A DNA stretch of 63,958 nt, counting the filler, from Octopus bimaculoides (lineage: Eukaryota), in NCBI RefSeq assembly GCF_001194135.2. It is 6 parts of 6 records of this genome, joined end to end, with 100 filler letters (N's around TTAATTAATTAA, not from the genome) between each part and the next. Parts side by side here need not be neighbours in the genome. Positions count along the whole stretch, not along the records: positions 1 to 18,961 come from NC_068994.1; 5 more parts are not named here. One strand, given 5' to 3'. The position numbers were made by a program, and so were the translations under genes. Of this stretch, positions 1 through 11,129 are shown in pieces (positions within the stretch are counted from its first letter, which is position 1; each line of letters opens with the position of its first letter). The notes beneath the pieces are model-generated. The model was not told where the DNA came from and searched no databases. It was given only the letters and a program-made list of their open reading frames with translations.

Positions 1-91
<91 letters not shown>

Positions 92-114
92 TATATACAT
101 ATATATATATATAT
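1..114. repeat. (AT)n microsatellite
   Basis: Near-perfect AT dinucleotide run at the window start. Confidence 0.95.
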
Positions 115-785
115 AATTTTCATGAAGCAATGTCTGATGTAAATGTTTTAAATATTTTATTTTTCTTATAAAATCAAGGTAATGCAAAATATATTTTAAA
201 AAATTAATAATATAAGCCAATGGTTAGTACTATTACATGCCATTTCAATATTCTAAAGTACATATGAGGAGTTGTTTCACAAAATCCTTCATACATGCAC
301 AACTACAGAGCACAGACACCAACTATGAACACCTTTTCTCTGTAGATTTCCTGGAAAAGGGTCCCTAACTCTGAAATACTGAAATATCAAGTAATAGCAC
401 TAACCATCAAACTGTATTTTAAATTTATAAATCTTATATACCTAGCATTCTTTTGGCCAATAAAAGTATTTAATACATTCATATATATATATATATATAT
501 ATATTTATATTATATATTATTACAAATTTGGGATTTTACCAATAAGACCACGACTTCAATTTCAGCACAACCTTATTTTCTGGAGTACACATAGAAAGTT
601 ATATACCAAAATACTAATCTAATAATACAAGCATTTTAAAGCCTAAAATAAAGTACAATAGAATTAGATAAAAATTATTTAAACTTATTTAAAAAAATAT
701 ATATACCTTACCTGTTTTTATATATATTATATACATATATATGTGTGTGTGTGTATGTATGTGTCACTAAAGTGCAGATATATAT

Positions 786-816
<31 letters not shown>

Positions 817-954
817 AAGGAAAAATTTAATTGTCACCAAATGTAACTGAGGATACCGAAGCACCTACATTGCTAGAAATAAGAGTTAAAAACTCTTAAT
901 GCTATAAGAAGAGCTCAACATATATACACAGACAGGGGAGGTAATTGCCCTATA

Positions 955-1041
955 ACCGTCTCTAGAATCACAAGTCTAGACTAGTTTCACCTATTTTGCC
1001 GGCATCATAGGTGAAACTAGTCTACTGATTCTAGAGATGGT
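955..1041. repeat. Foldback inverted repeat (hairpin)
   Basis: Outer arms ACCGTCTCTAGAATCA (955-970) / TGATTCTAGAGATGGT (1026-1041); perfect 18-bp inner arms 977-994 / 1007-1024. Confidence 0.85.
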
Positions 1042-1116
1042 CATGGCATGGTTACCTCTCCTGTCAGTGTATACATATATATATATATTGCACTTTCTAT
1101 ATATATGCATATATAA

Positions 1117-1182
1117 CAGTACTGTTGCATTCCTGGAGAATTTACCTCTCTGATGATTTTTCTTAAGAATGTAACAGTACTA
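1117..1182. mobile_element. Short MITE-like inverted repeat (second copy at about 2661-2725)
   Basis: Arms GTACTGTTGCATTCCTGG ... GAATGTAACAGTAC; a related copy TAGTATTGTTGCATTCCTG ... CAGGAATGTAACAATACTAG lies at 2661-2725. Confidence 0.55.
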
Positions 1183-1289
1183 ATACTGTAAAAGTCAATT
1201 ATCTTGAAATAAATGAATATACACTCCACCTCACATATTGAGTACTTTGCCTTCTGTTTCCCACCATTTTTAATGCAATTTCCAATAAC

Positions 1290-1388
1290 AAAGCACCGGT
1301 TCTCTTCTGATCACCAAAGTTATGCAACATCAAGCCTAGTGAGTACTTAGATGGGTGACCGCTTCGGAAACCTAGGTGCTGTAAGCGT
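1290..1388 (+). pseudogene. 5S rRNA pseudogene, 5'-truncated
   Basis: AAAGCACCGGTTCTCTTCTGATCACCAAAGTTATGCAAC...AGTACTTAGATGGGTGACCGC...GGTGCTGTAAGC matches metazoan 5S rRNA from about nt 22 to the 3' end, with CG-to-CA/TG changes. The 5' end is not recognisable. Confidence 0.85.
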
Positions 1389-1402
1389 CTCACATTTTAC
1401 AG

Positions 1403-1660
1403 GCACAGGAGTGGCTGTGTGGTAAGTAGCTTGCTTACCAACCACATGGTCCCGGGTTCAGTCCCACTGCGTGGCACTTTGGGCAAGTGTCTTCTACTAT
1501 AGCCTCAGGCCGACCGAAGCCTTGTGAGTGGATTTGGTAGACGGAAACTGGAAGAAGCCAGTTGTATATGTATATATGTATGTAAGTGTGTGTGTACGTT
1601 TGTGTGTCTGTGTTTGTCCCCCCAACATCACTTGACAATCGAAGCTGATGTGTTATTCAA
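1403..1660 (+). mobile_element. SINE family A (tRNA-type head), partial
   Basis: Head GGAGTGGCTGTGTGGTAAGTAGCTTGCTTACCAACCACATGGT..GGGTTCAGTCCCACTGCGTGGCAC is repeated many times in the window. Confidence 0.85.
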
Positions 1661-1736
1661 TGTACCACAAAACCCCAGAAGCCCTGAACCATTCTTGTTT
1701 CTCTTAGTGTTAACTATAGACATGTACACAAATTGA

Positions 1737-1985
1737 AGGCATGTGACCTTGTGGTTAGAGTGTCACACTCATGACTGCAAGATTGTGGTTTCTATACCTG
1801 GTCTAGGCAGTGTTGTGTTCTTGGCCAAAGGATTTCAAGTTGATACAATTCACCCAGCTGTTAATGAGTAACCATGCCACAGACTAACATCCCATTAAGG
1901 GGGAATGATGTGATCTTGGTTATTTATATACCATGGAAACTGGGGAACCATCTCTGTGAATCCTAAGACTAGAGACAGTACTTAC
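1737..1985 (+). mobile_element. Decayed tRNA-derived SINE (different family)
   Basis: A-box-like TGTGGTTAGAGTG and a B-box-like segment, followed by a CCCAGCTGTTAATGAGTA core-like motif. Confidence 0.5.
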
Positions 1986-2159
1986 TTTTTATGTCCTCAG
2001 AAGTGATCATTATGGTGCTACATAACATGTCCACAGAAGTCAAGGCAACAAAATGAGGCCTCTGTTATTCATTATGAAAGATGTTTACAAGAGGATGTCA
2101 TAAAAACAGCCATTTTTGCTTGTCATTCAGTCCCAACTGTGATATTTAGGCAGAGAAAA

Positions 2160-2400
2160 GTCATTGTTACTTTACATGCAAGTAGTCAACACTTATCCTA
2201 TCGCATACTGTATTTACTTCAATTATGTTACCTGTCCACTTCTCAGCTTCCTGTATACTCTACCTAAAACATCATCACTGCCAATTCAGAACCTGTGTTC
2301 TTTGTGTGTAAAATGTCTGGCTGAGGTTCCCTTCCATCTCACATCTACTTGGCTCTGCTCTAGGATCTCTATAATCTCACTAGGCCTACCTGAAGTCTTT
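2160..2400 (-). mobile_element. RTE-type LINE apurinic endonuclease relic
   Basis: Minus strand reads GRPSEIIEILEQSQVDVRWKGTSARHFTHKEHRF, then frameshifted remnants. Same family as the relic at 31760-32290. Confidence 0.6.
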
Positions 2401-2769
2401 TACCTGATCAGAAGAGAAGGATATCCAATTGCAGTTAGGCAAGTTGAAGTTTGAAGCCTGTTTCTGCCCCTGAAATGTGCAATCACTTAATAAATAGGTT
2501 TGGGTTCTTGCAAACAGAGATGTTCCTACCACTATCATGCACAGCACAAGCATGGTAAGTAGTTGTCTTATAGAGGAAGTTAGGATTTTTACTGCATTGG
2601 GGTCTTTCATGATTTTGTTATACTGAATGATGCTCTTCATACCATCAACCACTTACAGAACTAGTATTGTTGCATTCCTGTGAAAGTCATCACAGACAAC
2701 ATCCCCAGGAATGTAACAATACTAGTCCTTCTGCCCAGGTATTGAAATGATATTGATATCTGTTAGGCA

Positions 2770-3410
2770 GCTGATGATAGGTTGCCTTAGCTTGTAGAGC
2801 CCATTTCAGAAAGACTTCCGCCCCTACCTCCACCCCATTTTCTCCCAAATTTGTTTATTTTAAAATTCTTTTTTTTTGCCAAAACCCCCATTTTCAGATA
2901 CGGAGGTTCCAGAAAATTGCCAAAAATTGGCATTGTTAAATTTCACCCCCGCCTTTTCCCAACCCAAATTCTTTAATTTTGACTTTTTTCCCCAACACTA
3001 ACCCTAAAACCCTAACCCTAACTGTAACTACAGAAATGTTTTGAAATTTTTGTCTGAATCATAATGTCTGTATTTTTTCTGCATATTTAGAAAAAAAAAA
3101 AATTCTTAAAAAAAATTTCACAAAAATTTTGGGAAATTTTTTTCAGAATCATAATCTTCGCATTTTTCCTCATATTTTGAAAAAAAAAAGTTTCTGGAAA
3201 AAGTAAAAAAAATGAAGGAAATGGGGGTGGCGGGGTGGTCATTTTAAAATTCAGATTTTTGCCAATTTTTTTGCAGATTCGTATTCCCCATAGTCAAAAA
3301 GGTGGGTTTGTGTCGAAAAAAAAATTTTTTAAAAGAAGTAGTTTGGGTGGGGGACAGGCGGAAGTCTTGCTCCCATTTCTTTTTTATGAAACCTTTCAGC
3401 CGACTGGTTT
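2770..3410. mobile_element. Non-autonomous DNA element with long imperfect inverted arms
   Basis: About 2810-2960 (AGACTTCCGCCCC...) is an imperfect reverse complement of about 3230-3367 (...CAGGCGGAAGTCT). Contains internal CCCTAA repeats. Confidence 0.55.
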
Positions 3411-4329
3411 TCTGCAAGTTACAACAATGTTGGTTCCAGTTGATTTGATCAACAGAACAGCCTCTTCGTGAAATTAACATGCAAGTGACTGAGCACTCCA
3501 CAGATACACATATCCTTAGCATAGTTCTCAGAGAGATTCAGTGACACTTTCAATTACAGGCACATCTCATTTTTGCCAGTTGAGTGGACTGGAGCAATAT
3601 GAAATAAAGTGCCTTACTCAAGGACACTATGCACCTCATTCAACAACACAATGTGACACAATCAAACTCATGACTTTATGATTGTGAACTTGGACACCCC
3701 TATCACAGTAAATAGAAACAAGTACAGGGAGTAATTACCACAAGGCACCATTTCAGAAAACTGAACCACTTCACAGGTCCACCACTCTTTGTACTTTATT
3801 AATCTTGGAAGAATGAAAAATGAAGCTTGAAAATAGAATATAACAAACCAGAAAAAATACTGTTATGCATTTTACCTGATGCTTTAGTGACTCTATTGCC
3901 ACAAGGTCTAGTTTTTGTAGCAGAATGTGGCTTGTGTGCTTCAAGATCCTGAAAACTACACCAGTGGGGTACAAATTCCTGGTAGGGTCTTTCATGCTGG
4001 ACAGGTCAAAAGACAGAAGCTAGACTAATATGGACCATCATTTTAAACCAGAGGTTAAAATGGGTCTGCATGAGGTGAAGATCCCTACCTAGAAAAAGAA
4101 AAGCAAAGTTACAAAAGCAATTCAAAACCAAGAAAACCAGGGAGAGGAAGGCTTTAACACTTTAGCATTTAAACTGGCCATATGTGGCCCTGGTCAGAAT
4201 TCAACCTCTTACACTTATTCTATAACGTGATTCTAAAAATAAACAATCAGGGTGTCAAAATCTTGAAGCTACAAGATAATACATGATTAATTAAAAATAA
4301 TGTGAATAAATAGGCATTACATGTAACAG

Positions 4330-4713
4330 GGGAGGCCCAATGGCCCAGTGGTTAGGGCAGCGGACTCGCAGTCATAGGGTCGCGGTTTCGATTCTCAGAC
4401 CGGACGTTGTGAGTGTTTATTGAGCGAAAACACCTAAAGCTCCACGAGGCTCCTGCAGGGGATAGTGGCGAACCCTGCTGTACTCTTTCACCACAACTTT
4501 CTCTCACTCTTACTTCCTGTTGTGTCTGTAATTCAAAGGGTCAGCCTTGTCACACTGTGTCACGCTGAATATCCCCGAGAACTACATTAAGGGTACACGT
4601 GTCTGTGGAGTGCTCAGCCACTTGCACGTTAATTTCACGAGCAGGCTGTTCCGTTGATCGGATCAACTGGAACCCTCGACGTAGTAAGCGACGGAGTGTC
4701 AACAACAACAACA
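4330..4713 (+). mobile_element. SINE family B, full length, tRNA-like head, (AAC)n tail
   Basis: Head GGAGGCCCAATGGCCCAGTGGTTAGGGCAGCGGACTCG...GGTTTCGATTC. An 11-bp target-site duplication ACATGTAACAG lies at 4319-4329 and 4714-4724. It is inserted in a TTAA-type MITE. Confidence 0.9.
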
Positions 4714-5200
4714 ACATGTAACAGAGTAATATAAAAATTAAAAGGTTTAAAGACAGCCCAGAATCAAGAACAGTGAAGTAAAGGTCATTAATGGCCTCTG
4801 TGCCATAGGGTGCAAAGAGCTTAAGGTAAGGAATGGTGTAAGAATTCTACCAATTCACTGCTTACAAGAAGAAAATCACTTTTCTCTTTATTCAAAGACA
4901 AAATAAAATTTAACACCATTAAAATATGAAAATCTTTAATCATCATAAACATCACCAACAGCAGCAGTAGCAGCTGCCTCATCATCATCATTGTTGATGT
5001 TGTTGTTATAACAAAATTTAGGTTGACTATGTTATCAAATTTATATGTTGAGGTGTATTGACAATAAGTCTTCTGGACTCACTTAGACTTTGCAAAGCAG
5101 AGGATTCTTGCAGATGGAATATGATACATTGAGGTGATATTTATCCCCATTTAAACGGGAAGGTTCTGTTAGAAAAAAACTATCTCTAGTGGTCAAGCGT

Positions 5201-5247
5201 CCGTCATTGACAAGACCAAGAAAGGTCAAAATCATGTGATCTGATGG
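5201..5247 (+). ncRNA. Degenerate type I hammerhead ribozyme (copy 1 of a tandem unit)
   Basis: CCGTCA-TTGACAA-GACC(AAGAAA)GGTC-AAAA-TCATGTGAT-C-TGATGG. All three stems can form, but the core has G-to-A changes (CUGAnGA to UUGACAA, GAAA to AAAA). Confidence 0.6.
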
Positions 5248-5302
5248 TCTTAGCATTGCAGATAGCAAAAATATATCTCGCCATTAGTGGTAAAAAGGTG
5301 TG

Positions 5303-5610
5303 AAGGCACATGGCTCAGTAGTCAGAGCATCAGGCTTACAATCATGAGGTAGTGAGTTCGATTCCCAGACCAGGCTGTGTGTTGTGTTCTTGAGCAAGAC
5401 ACTTTACTTCACGTTGTTCCAGTTCACTCAGTTGCAGAAATGAGTTGTGACATCACTGGTGCCAAGCTGTAGCAGCCTTTAACATTCCGTTGGATAACAT
5501 TAGTGGCATGGAGAGGGGAGGCTGTTATGCATGGGTGACTGATGGCCTTCCATAAACAACTTTGCCCAAACTTGTGCCTCAGAGGGGGAACTTTCTAAGT
5601 GCAATACCCT
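5303..5610 (+). mobile_element. tRNA-derived SINE inserted in the hammerhead-bearing tandem unit
   Basis: A box TGGCTCAGTAG and B box GTTCGATTCC. Its length accounts for the 658 versus 355 bp spacing difference. Confidence 0.8.
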
Positions 5611-5858
5611 TTTTCACCAAAAGCCAACATGAGAGTTTCTCTTGTGGTATCTATCACAGTACTGTCTGTTCTAAAAGAACATCCATATTTAAGTGAATAT
5701 AAATATTACCTCTCAGATATTAATACTGTTTTTGTTACTAATATATATATTTTAACAACCTCACTGGCTAATCACAACACCAGTGCCTGTTCTGACACCA
5801 TTTTTCTATATATTGCTGGTGGGGAGATGAGTCGCTGCTATCTCTAACAGTCAAGCAT

Positions 5859-5905
5859 CCATCATTGATGAGACCAAGGAATGTCGAAATTATGTGATCT
5901 GGTGG
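5859..5905 (+). ncRNA. Type I hammerhead ribozyme, near intact (copy 2)
   Basis: Stem I CCATCA/TGGTGG; core TTGATGA; stem II GAC/GTC; GAAA; stem III ATTA-TG-TGAT; predicted cleavage after AUC (C5899). Confidence 0.7.
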
Positions 5906-6047
5906 TCTTGGTGCTGGAGGTGGCAGGGATTTATCTCCATGCTGGTGATATAAACAAGAGTGAATTTTGCACCAAAAGCCAATATGAGAGTTTCCCACGT
6001 GATATCTACCTAAGTATACTTTGTTCTAACAGAACATCCCCATTTAA

Positions 6048-6240
6048 GTCGTCGTCGTCGTCGTTTAACGTCCGCTTTCCATGCTAGCATGGGTTGAACG
6101 ATTTGACTGAGGACTGGTGAAACCAGATGGCTACACCAGGCTCCAATCTGATTTGGCAGAGTTTCTACAGCTGGATGCCCTTCCTAACGCCAACCACTCA
6201 GAGAGTGTAGTGGGTGCTTTTAAGTGTCACCCACATGAAG
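6048..6240 (-). mobile_element. SINE family C 3' part with (GAC/GAT)n tail
   Basis: GTTTAACGTCCGCTTTCCATGCTAGCATGGGTTG...GGATGCCCTTCCTAACGCCAACCAC. Further copies at about 11130, 12740, 17300, 18575, 34540 and 40580, and in the opposite orientation at about 15445, 17700, 37720 and 38960. Confidence 0.85.
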
Positions 6241-6528
6241 GGAATAGATATTACCTCTTGGCATTGATACTGCCTCTGTCACTAACATATATATTTTTTT
6301 TTTTAACATGATACATTGCCGGAACCTCTAACTCTTTCAGTTTCAACAATCAGGAGTAAAACAACAACAACAACAACAACAACAACAAACAAGATTTCAT
6401 GTCAACTGAATAGAAATTCACATTATACACGAATCAATCAAACACATATCCCAGCTGCTGCTGCTGGCTGCAAAAGTTTTGTTCCACAGTGCCAACAAAA
6501 TTACACTACATCTGTTAAAGGTTTCTTG

Positions 6529-6580
6529 TTACTCTCCATCTGTTTTCTTCCCCGAGCTGGAGCACATATCCAGAATGTAC
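6529..6580 (-). CDS. PTCD3: Probable terminal coding exon of PTCD3 (YILDMCSSSGKKTDGE*)
   Basis: Long pyrimidine tract plus CAG acceptor; open frame to TAA at 6531-6529; short Ser-rich tail as in human PTCD3. The linking exon was not found and may lie in the N gap at 7105-7850. Confidence 0.45.
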
Positions 6581-8645
6581 CTGTTCAAGAAGAAGACGAA
6601 AAGAAAAAAGTAAGTTTAGGAAAGAGGAGAATTTATATCTTTTATCTTTTACTCGTTTTAGTCATTTGACTACAGCCATGCTGGGGCACCACCTCGAAGG
6701 GCTTTAGCCAAACGAATCGACCCTCAGGATTTTATTTTTTGAAGACTAGTACTTATTCTGTCAGTGACTTTTACTGAACCACTAAGTTATGAGAACATAA
6801 ACACACCATCACCAGTTGTCAAGCAGTGTTGAGGGAACAAACACAAACACACACACATACATACATACATACATACGATGGGCATTTCCATCTACCAAAT
6901 CCACTCAGTCATTTGACTGTGGCCATGCTGGAGCACTGCCTTTAGTCGAGCAAATTGACCCCAGGACTTATTCTTTGGATGCCTAGTATTTATTCTATCG
7001 GTCTCTTTTGCCGAACCACTAAGTTACGGGGACCTAAACACACCAGCATCGGTTGTCAAGCGATGTTGGGGGGGGGGGACATAGACATACAAACATATAC
7101 ACACNNNNNNNNNNNNNNNNNNNNNNNNNNNNNNNNNNNNNNNNNNNNNNNNNNNNNNNNNNNNNNNNNNNNNNNNNNNNNNNNNNNNNNNNNNNNNNNN
7201 NNNNNNNNNNNNNNNNNNNNNNNNNNNNNNNNNNNNNNNNNNNNNNNNNNNNNNNNNNNNNNNNNNNNNNNNNNNNNNNNNNNNNNNNNNNNNNNNNNNN
7301 NNNNNNNNNNNNNNNNNNNNNNNNNNNNNNNNNNNNNNNNNNNNNNNNNNNNNNNNNNNNNNNNNNNNNNNNNNNNNNNNNNNNNNNNNNNNNNNNNNNN
7401 NNNNNNNNNNNNNNNNNNNNNNNNNNNNNNNNNNNNNNNNNNNNNNNNNNNNNNNNNNNNNNNNNNNNNNNNNNNNNNNNNNNNNNNNNNNNNNNNNNNN
7501 NNNNNNNNNNNNNNNNNNNNNNNNNNNNNNNNNNNNNNNNNNNNNNNNNNNNNNNNNNNNNNNNNNNNNNNNNNNNNNNNNNNNNNNNNNNNNNNNNNNN
7601 NNNNNNNNNNNNNNNNNNNNNNNNNNNNNNNNNNNNNNNNNNNNNNNNNNNNNNNNNNNNNNNNNNNNNNNNNNNNNNNNNNNNNNNNNNNNNNNNNNNN
7701 NNNNNNNNNNNNNNNNNNNNNNNNNNNNNNNNNNNNNNNNNNNNNNNNNNNNNNNNNNNNNNNNNNNNNNNNNNNNNNNNNNNNNNNNNNNNNNNNNNNN
7801 NNNNNNNNNNNNNNNNNNNNNNNNNNNNNNNNNNNNNNNNNNNNNNNNNNGATAAGGAGAGTATTCAGCTTTAGAAACCAAGTGGAAAATTAAGCATAAG
7901 AGCAAGACATGATTCTCAGGTCTTTCCCCTTGTCACTGCCGCTGTCAACTTTGTTTTAATATCCACTGGAAAGTTTGCTCCCCAACCATGTGGTCTTGGG
8001 CTCAGTTCGACACAATGTGGCACCTTGGGCAAATGTCTTCAATTATAAACCCAGGCTAACCAAAGCCTTGTGAGTGGATTTGGTAGACAGAAACTGAAAG
8101 AAGTTCAAGGCAGCAAGCTAGCAGAAACGTTAGAATGCTGGGCGAAATGCTTAGCGGTATTTCGTCTGCCCCTACGTTCTGAGTTCAAATTTCGCCGAGG
8201 TCGACTTTGCCTTCCATCCTTTCGGGGTCAATTAAATAAGTACCAGTTTCCGTCTACCAAATCCACTCACAAGGCTTTGCTCGGCATGAGGCTATAATAG
8301 AAGGCACTTACTTGCCCAATGTGCCATGCAGTGGGACTGAACACAGGAGCATGTGGTTGGGAAGCAAGCTTCTTAACACACAGCCATGCCTACACCTATT
8401 ACTGATTTTCTTTCTGTCTTTACTTATCAACCTCCTCCTCCTCCTCACCATCAACATTATTATTAACTACTACTGTGTAAAGCCAAACCAACAAAGTAGA
8501 CTCTAAGTAGTTGCTCGACCTGCTAGAAATAACCACCAAAATCTCTTTCCAATCCCACTGTATTATCTGAAAATAAAAAGACAAGGAAGGACACAATGGG
8601 TAACATAGTCCAAGATATACATATCTTGAACATATACACATTATA

Positions 8646-9048
8646 GGCGTAGGAGTGGCTGTGTGGTAAATAGCTTGCTGACCAACCACATGGTTCTGGG
8701 TTCAATCCCACTGCGTGGCACCTTGGGCAAGTGTCTTCAACTGTAGCCTTGGGCCGACCAAAGCCTTGTGAGTGGATTTGGTAGACGGAAACTGAAAGAA
8801 GCCCGTCGTATATATGTATGTGTGTGTGTGTGTATATGTTAGTGTGTCTATGTTTGTCCCCCCAACATCGCTTGACAAGCGATGCTGGTGTGTTTACGTC
8901 CCCGTAACTTAGCGGTTCGGCAAAAGAGACCGATAGAATAAGTACTAGGCTTCCAAAGAATAAGTCCTGGGGTCGACTTGATCGACTAAAGGCGGTGCTC
9001 CAGCATGGCCGCAGTCAAATGACTGAAACAAGTTAAAGAGTAAAGAGT
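8646..9048 (+). mobile_element. SINE family A, full length
   Basis: Complete head-to-tail match with the copy at 16758-17159; tail GCAGTCAAATGACTGAAACAAG..AAAGAGT. Confidence 0.9.
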
Positions 9049-9249
9049 ATTGTGTGATTAAAAGGATAAAGAGAGTAGCTGAAATATCTTTGATTACAGC
9101 ATGAAAACTACATGACTGAGACATAACAACATAAAGAACAACAACTAGTTGTGGCCCCAAGTGAGGGTTACCTGACCAACATGACGCACACAAGACTGAA
9201 ATAGAAAGTGGGGACCAACTACGTCTAGGTATTTAATATTCTAACTTAC

Positions 9250-9313
9250 CAACACATTTTTAGTGTGCTTTTCATTCAGGCAACCATCCAACAGCATCGA
9301 CATGGCACTCTCA
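9250..9313 (-). CDS. PTCD3: PTCD3 exon ((S)ESAMSMLLDGCLNEKHTKNVL)
   Basis: TTTTTCAG acceptor, GTAAGT donor, 64 nt, phase 2 to 0, continuous with the upstream exon. Aligns with human [21 protein letters not shown]. Confidence 0.75.
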
Positions 9314-9489
9314 CTGAAAAACAAATGTGTATATATCAGGTCATTAAGAATAAAATGTCTGATTTCTAACTGAAAGTTTATTTTACTTTATCTCAACAAA
9401 AAGCAATGCAGTTAATCATAGTATGCACCTTAATTATCAACACAATTCTGCCATTTTATCAGTAGCTTATTTATGCTGGCAGCAAAGAA

Positions 9490-10009
9490 CTCATGAGAGC
9501 AAGAGGTGATGAAATCATGAAAGGCTGTTTTGACATCTTCTTCAGAATTGTTAAGCCCTGGATAGACAGTGTATGCAATGGAAGGCCATATGTGTTTCAG
9601 TAAGACTCTGCACTATCACACATGGCTCTAGTAACACAGGAATGGATGGCTGAAAATTTTCATGATCACATAGCCCCTAATATTTGGCCTCCTCATTCCA
9701 CAGATCTCAATTCATTGGACTATTACGTGTGGAGCATTGTTGAGAGTTCAGTGAACATGCCTATAACACCAAAGATTCTTTGAAAGCTGCCATGGTCAGA
9801 GTAATGACCAAAATGAGCCAGGACCACTTGATTCAAGTATGTAGATGATTTAGATTTCATACAGAATCAACTGTTGAATTTGAATAACATTATAGAAAAG
9901 AAGGTTTATTTTTATCCTCATAGTATTTTTTGATAAATAAAGATATTATCTGTTATTATATATCTGTTTTTCATAAACATAAATCTGTCCTCAAATATCT
10001 TATGCACCC

Positions 10010-10013
<4 letters not shown>
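9490..10013 (+). mobile_element. Tc1/mariner-superfamily transposase 3' remnant
   Basis: Decayed frame VKPWIDSVCNGRPYVFQ*DSA..H...WMAENFHDHIAPNIWPPHSTDLNSLDYYVWSIVE, ending in TIR-like TTATGCACCCCTGTA followed by TA. Confidence 0.8.
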
Positions 10014-10052
<39 letters not shown>

Positions 10053-10383
10053 AAAAGATTTGTAAATGTACCACACGAGTAAGTAGATATTAAAGAGAAA
10101 TAAAAATGAAAATGCCACTTTAAAAAAATATTTTTTGGGGTATTTTAATTAATTTACTTTACGTTTCAGTTTTTTTTTGAAAAACCTTATCAAAGATGAG
10201 TATAAAATATGTGAGAAGAGAAGAGGGCTATTAATAAAATAAAATTGGAATCAAAATTAAGAATGACATTCATAGTTTACTGTTATTTCTTATTATATAA
10301 GAGGAAGAAAAGAAGAGAGAAGAAGAAGGCTGACTGCTAGCCACCATTTTCATGATTGCTCAAAACTTTTGAATGTAACTTAC

Positions 10384-10437
10384 CTGGGCACATTAGAAAG
10401 TTTTGAAGAATGTTTCTCATACAGTTCGAACATCTTC
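10384..10437 (-). CDS. PTCD3: PTCD3 exon ((W)KMFELYEKHSSKLSNVP)
   Basis: TATAG acceptor, GTAAGT donor, 54 nt, phase 2 to 2. Aligns with human WKMLGLFRKHNKIPR. Confidence 0.8.
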
Positions 10438-10492
10438 CTATAAGAGTGAATAGATAATAACAATAATAACAACAACAATAGTAATAATAATA

Positions 10493-10820
10493 AAGATCTG
10501 GAAATAAAGGTAACTCGAATGTGGAGCCTAAAAACAGAAACAATTCTTGTAATAGTAGGTTCATTAGGTACGATACAAAAAAGAAACATTCAGACAAATA
10601 CATAACCAAAACGCCAGGACTTACAAATGTATATGACATACAGAAAATAATACTACTAGGCACCATGCACATCCTATGTAAAGCAATTTCGATATAGTGA
10701 AAATAAGAGCACCACAACAAACCAGAGTACATACCCAAAGCACAGAGAGCTGTACTTGGTCGTGCAGTGAAAGCATGTGATAAAAATAAGACTACGGAAA
10801 AAATAATAATAATAATAATG
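10493..10820 (+). mobile_element. R4/Dong-like non-LTR retrotransposon 3' end
   Basis: KDLEIKVTRMWSLKTETILVIVGSLGTIQK ... IQKIILLGTMHILCKAISI*, followed by a UTR and an (AAT)n tail. Resembles the restriction-like endonuclease C-terminus. Confidence 0.75.
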
Positions 10821-11129
10821 CTTTCTTTATTAACAAGGGTTGACAAAAAGACTGAGGATAGTACAGGGCAATAGTGTGAGATTATATAAAAGTATAAACA
10901 AGAGAAATAACAAAACCAAAAAAAAATTCTAACAAAAATTTCTCCAAAGGGGAGAGACCTATAGGTGTTCATGGAAACCCTACAAAACTACTGTCACCTT
11001 AACCACTAAGACAAGTACCCTCTCCCTGCTATCCTTCGCTAATCAGCAGTCACATGTTATATGTGACTGAATTTTTATGGACGAGTTCATGAACTTTGGT
11101 TCTTTTCTCTAAAATTATATATTTATATA

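Noticed and set aside
2995-3025. Telomere-like CCCTAA repeats
   Set aside because: Only a few imperfect units inside a DNA element; not a telomere or fusion site.
4330-4410. tRNA genes (heads of SINE B and the Penelope-associated module)
   Set aside because: They have A and B boxes but no complete cloverleaf, and they continue into repeat bodies.
5201-5905. C/D-box snoRNA reading of the TGATGA...CTGA motifs
   Set aside because: Only about 47 nt long, and neither copy has both boxes intact. The hammerhead fold explains all three stems and the GAAA.
7850-7970. Minus-strand DIKTKLTAAVTRGKT* as an alternative PTCD3 last exon
   Set aside because: The acceptor lies within SINE-derived sequence, the phase does not fit, and there is no similarity to PTCD3.
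9172-9195. 24-nt candidate PTCD3 microexon (SCVRHVGQ)
   Set aside because: It needs a 54-nt intron, has a weak GTAACC donor, and ends in phase 0, which does not join the phase-2 terminal exon. Not excluded, but unsupported.
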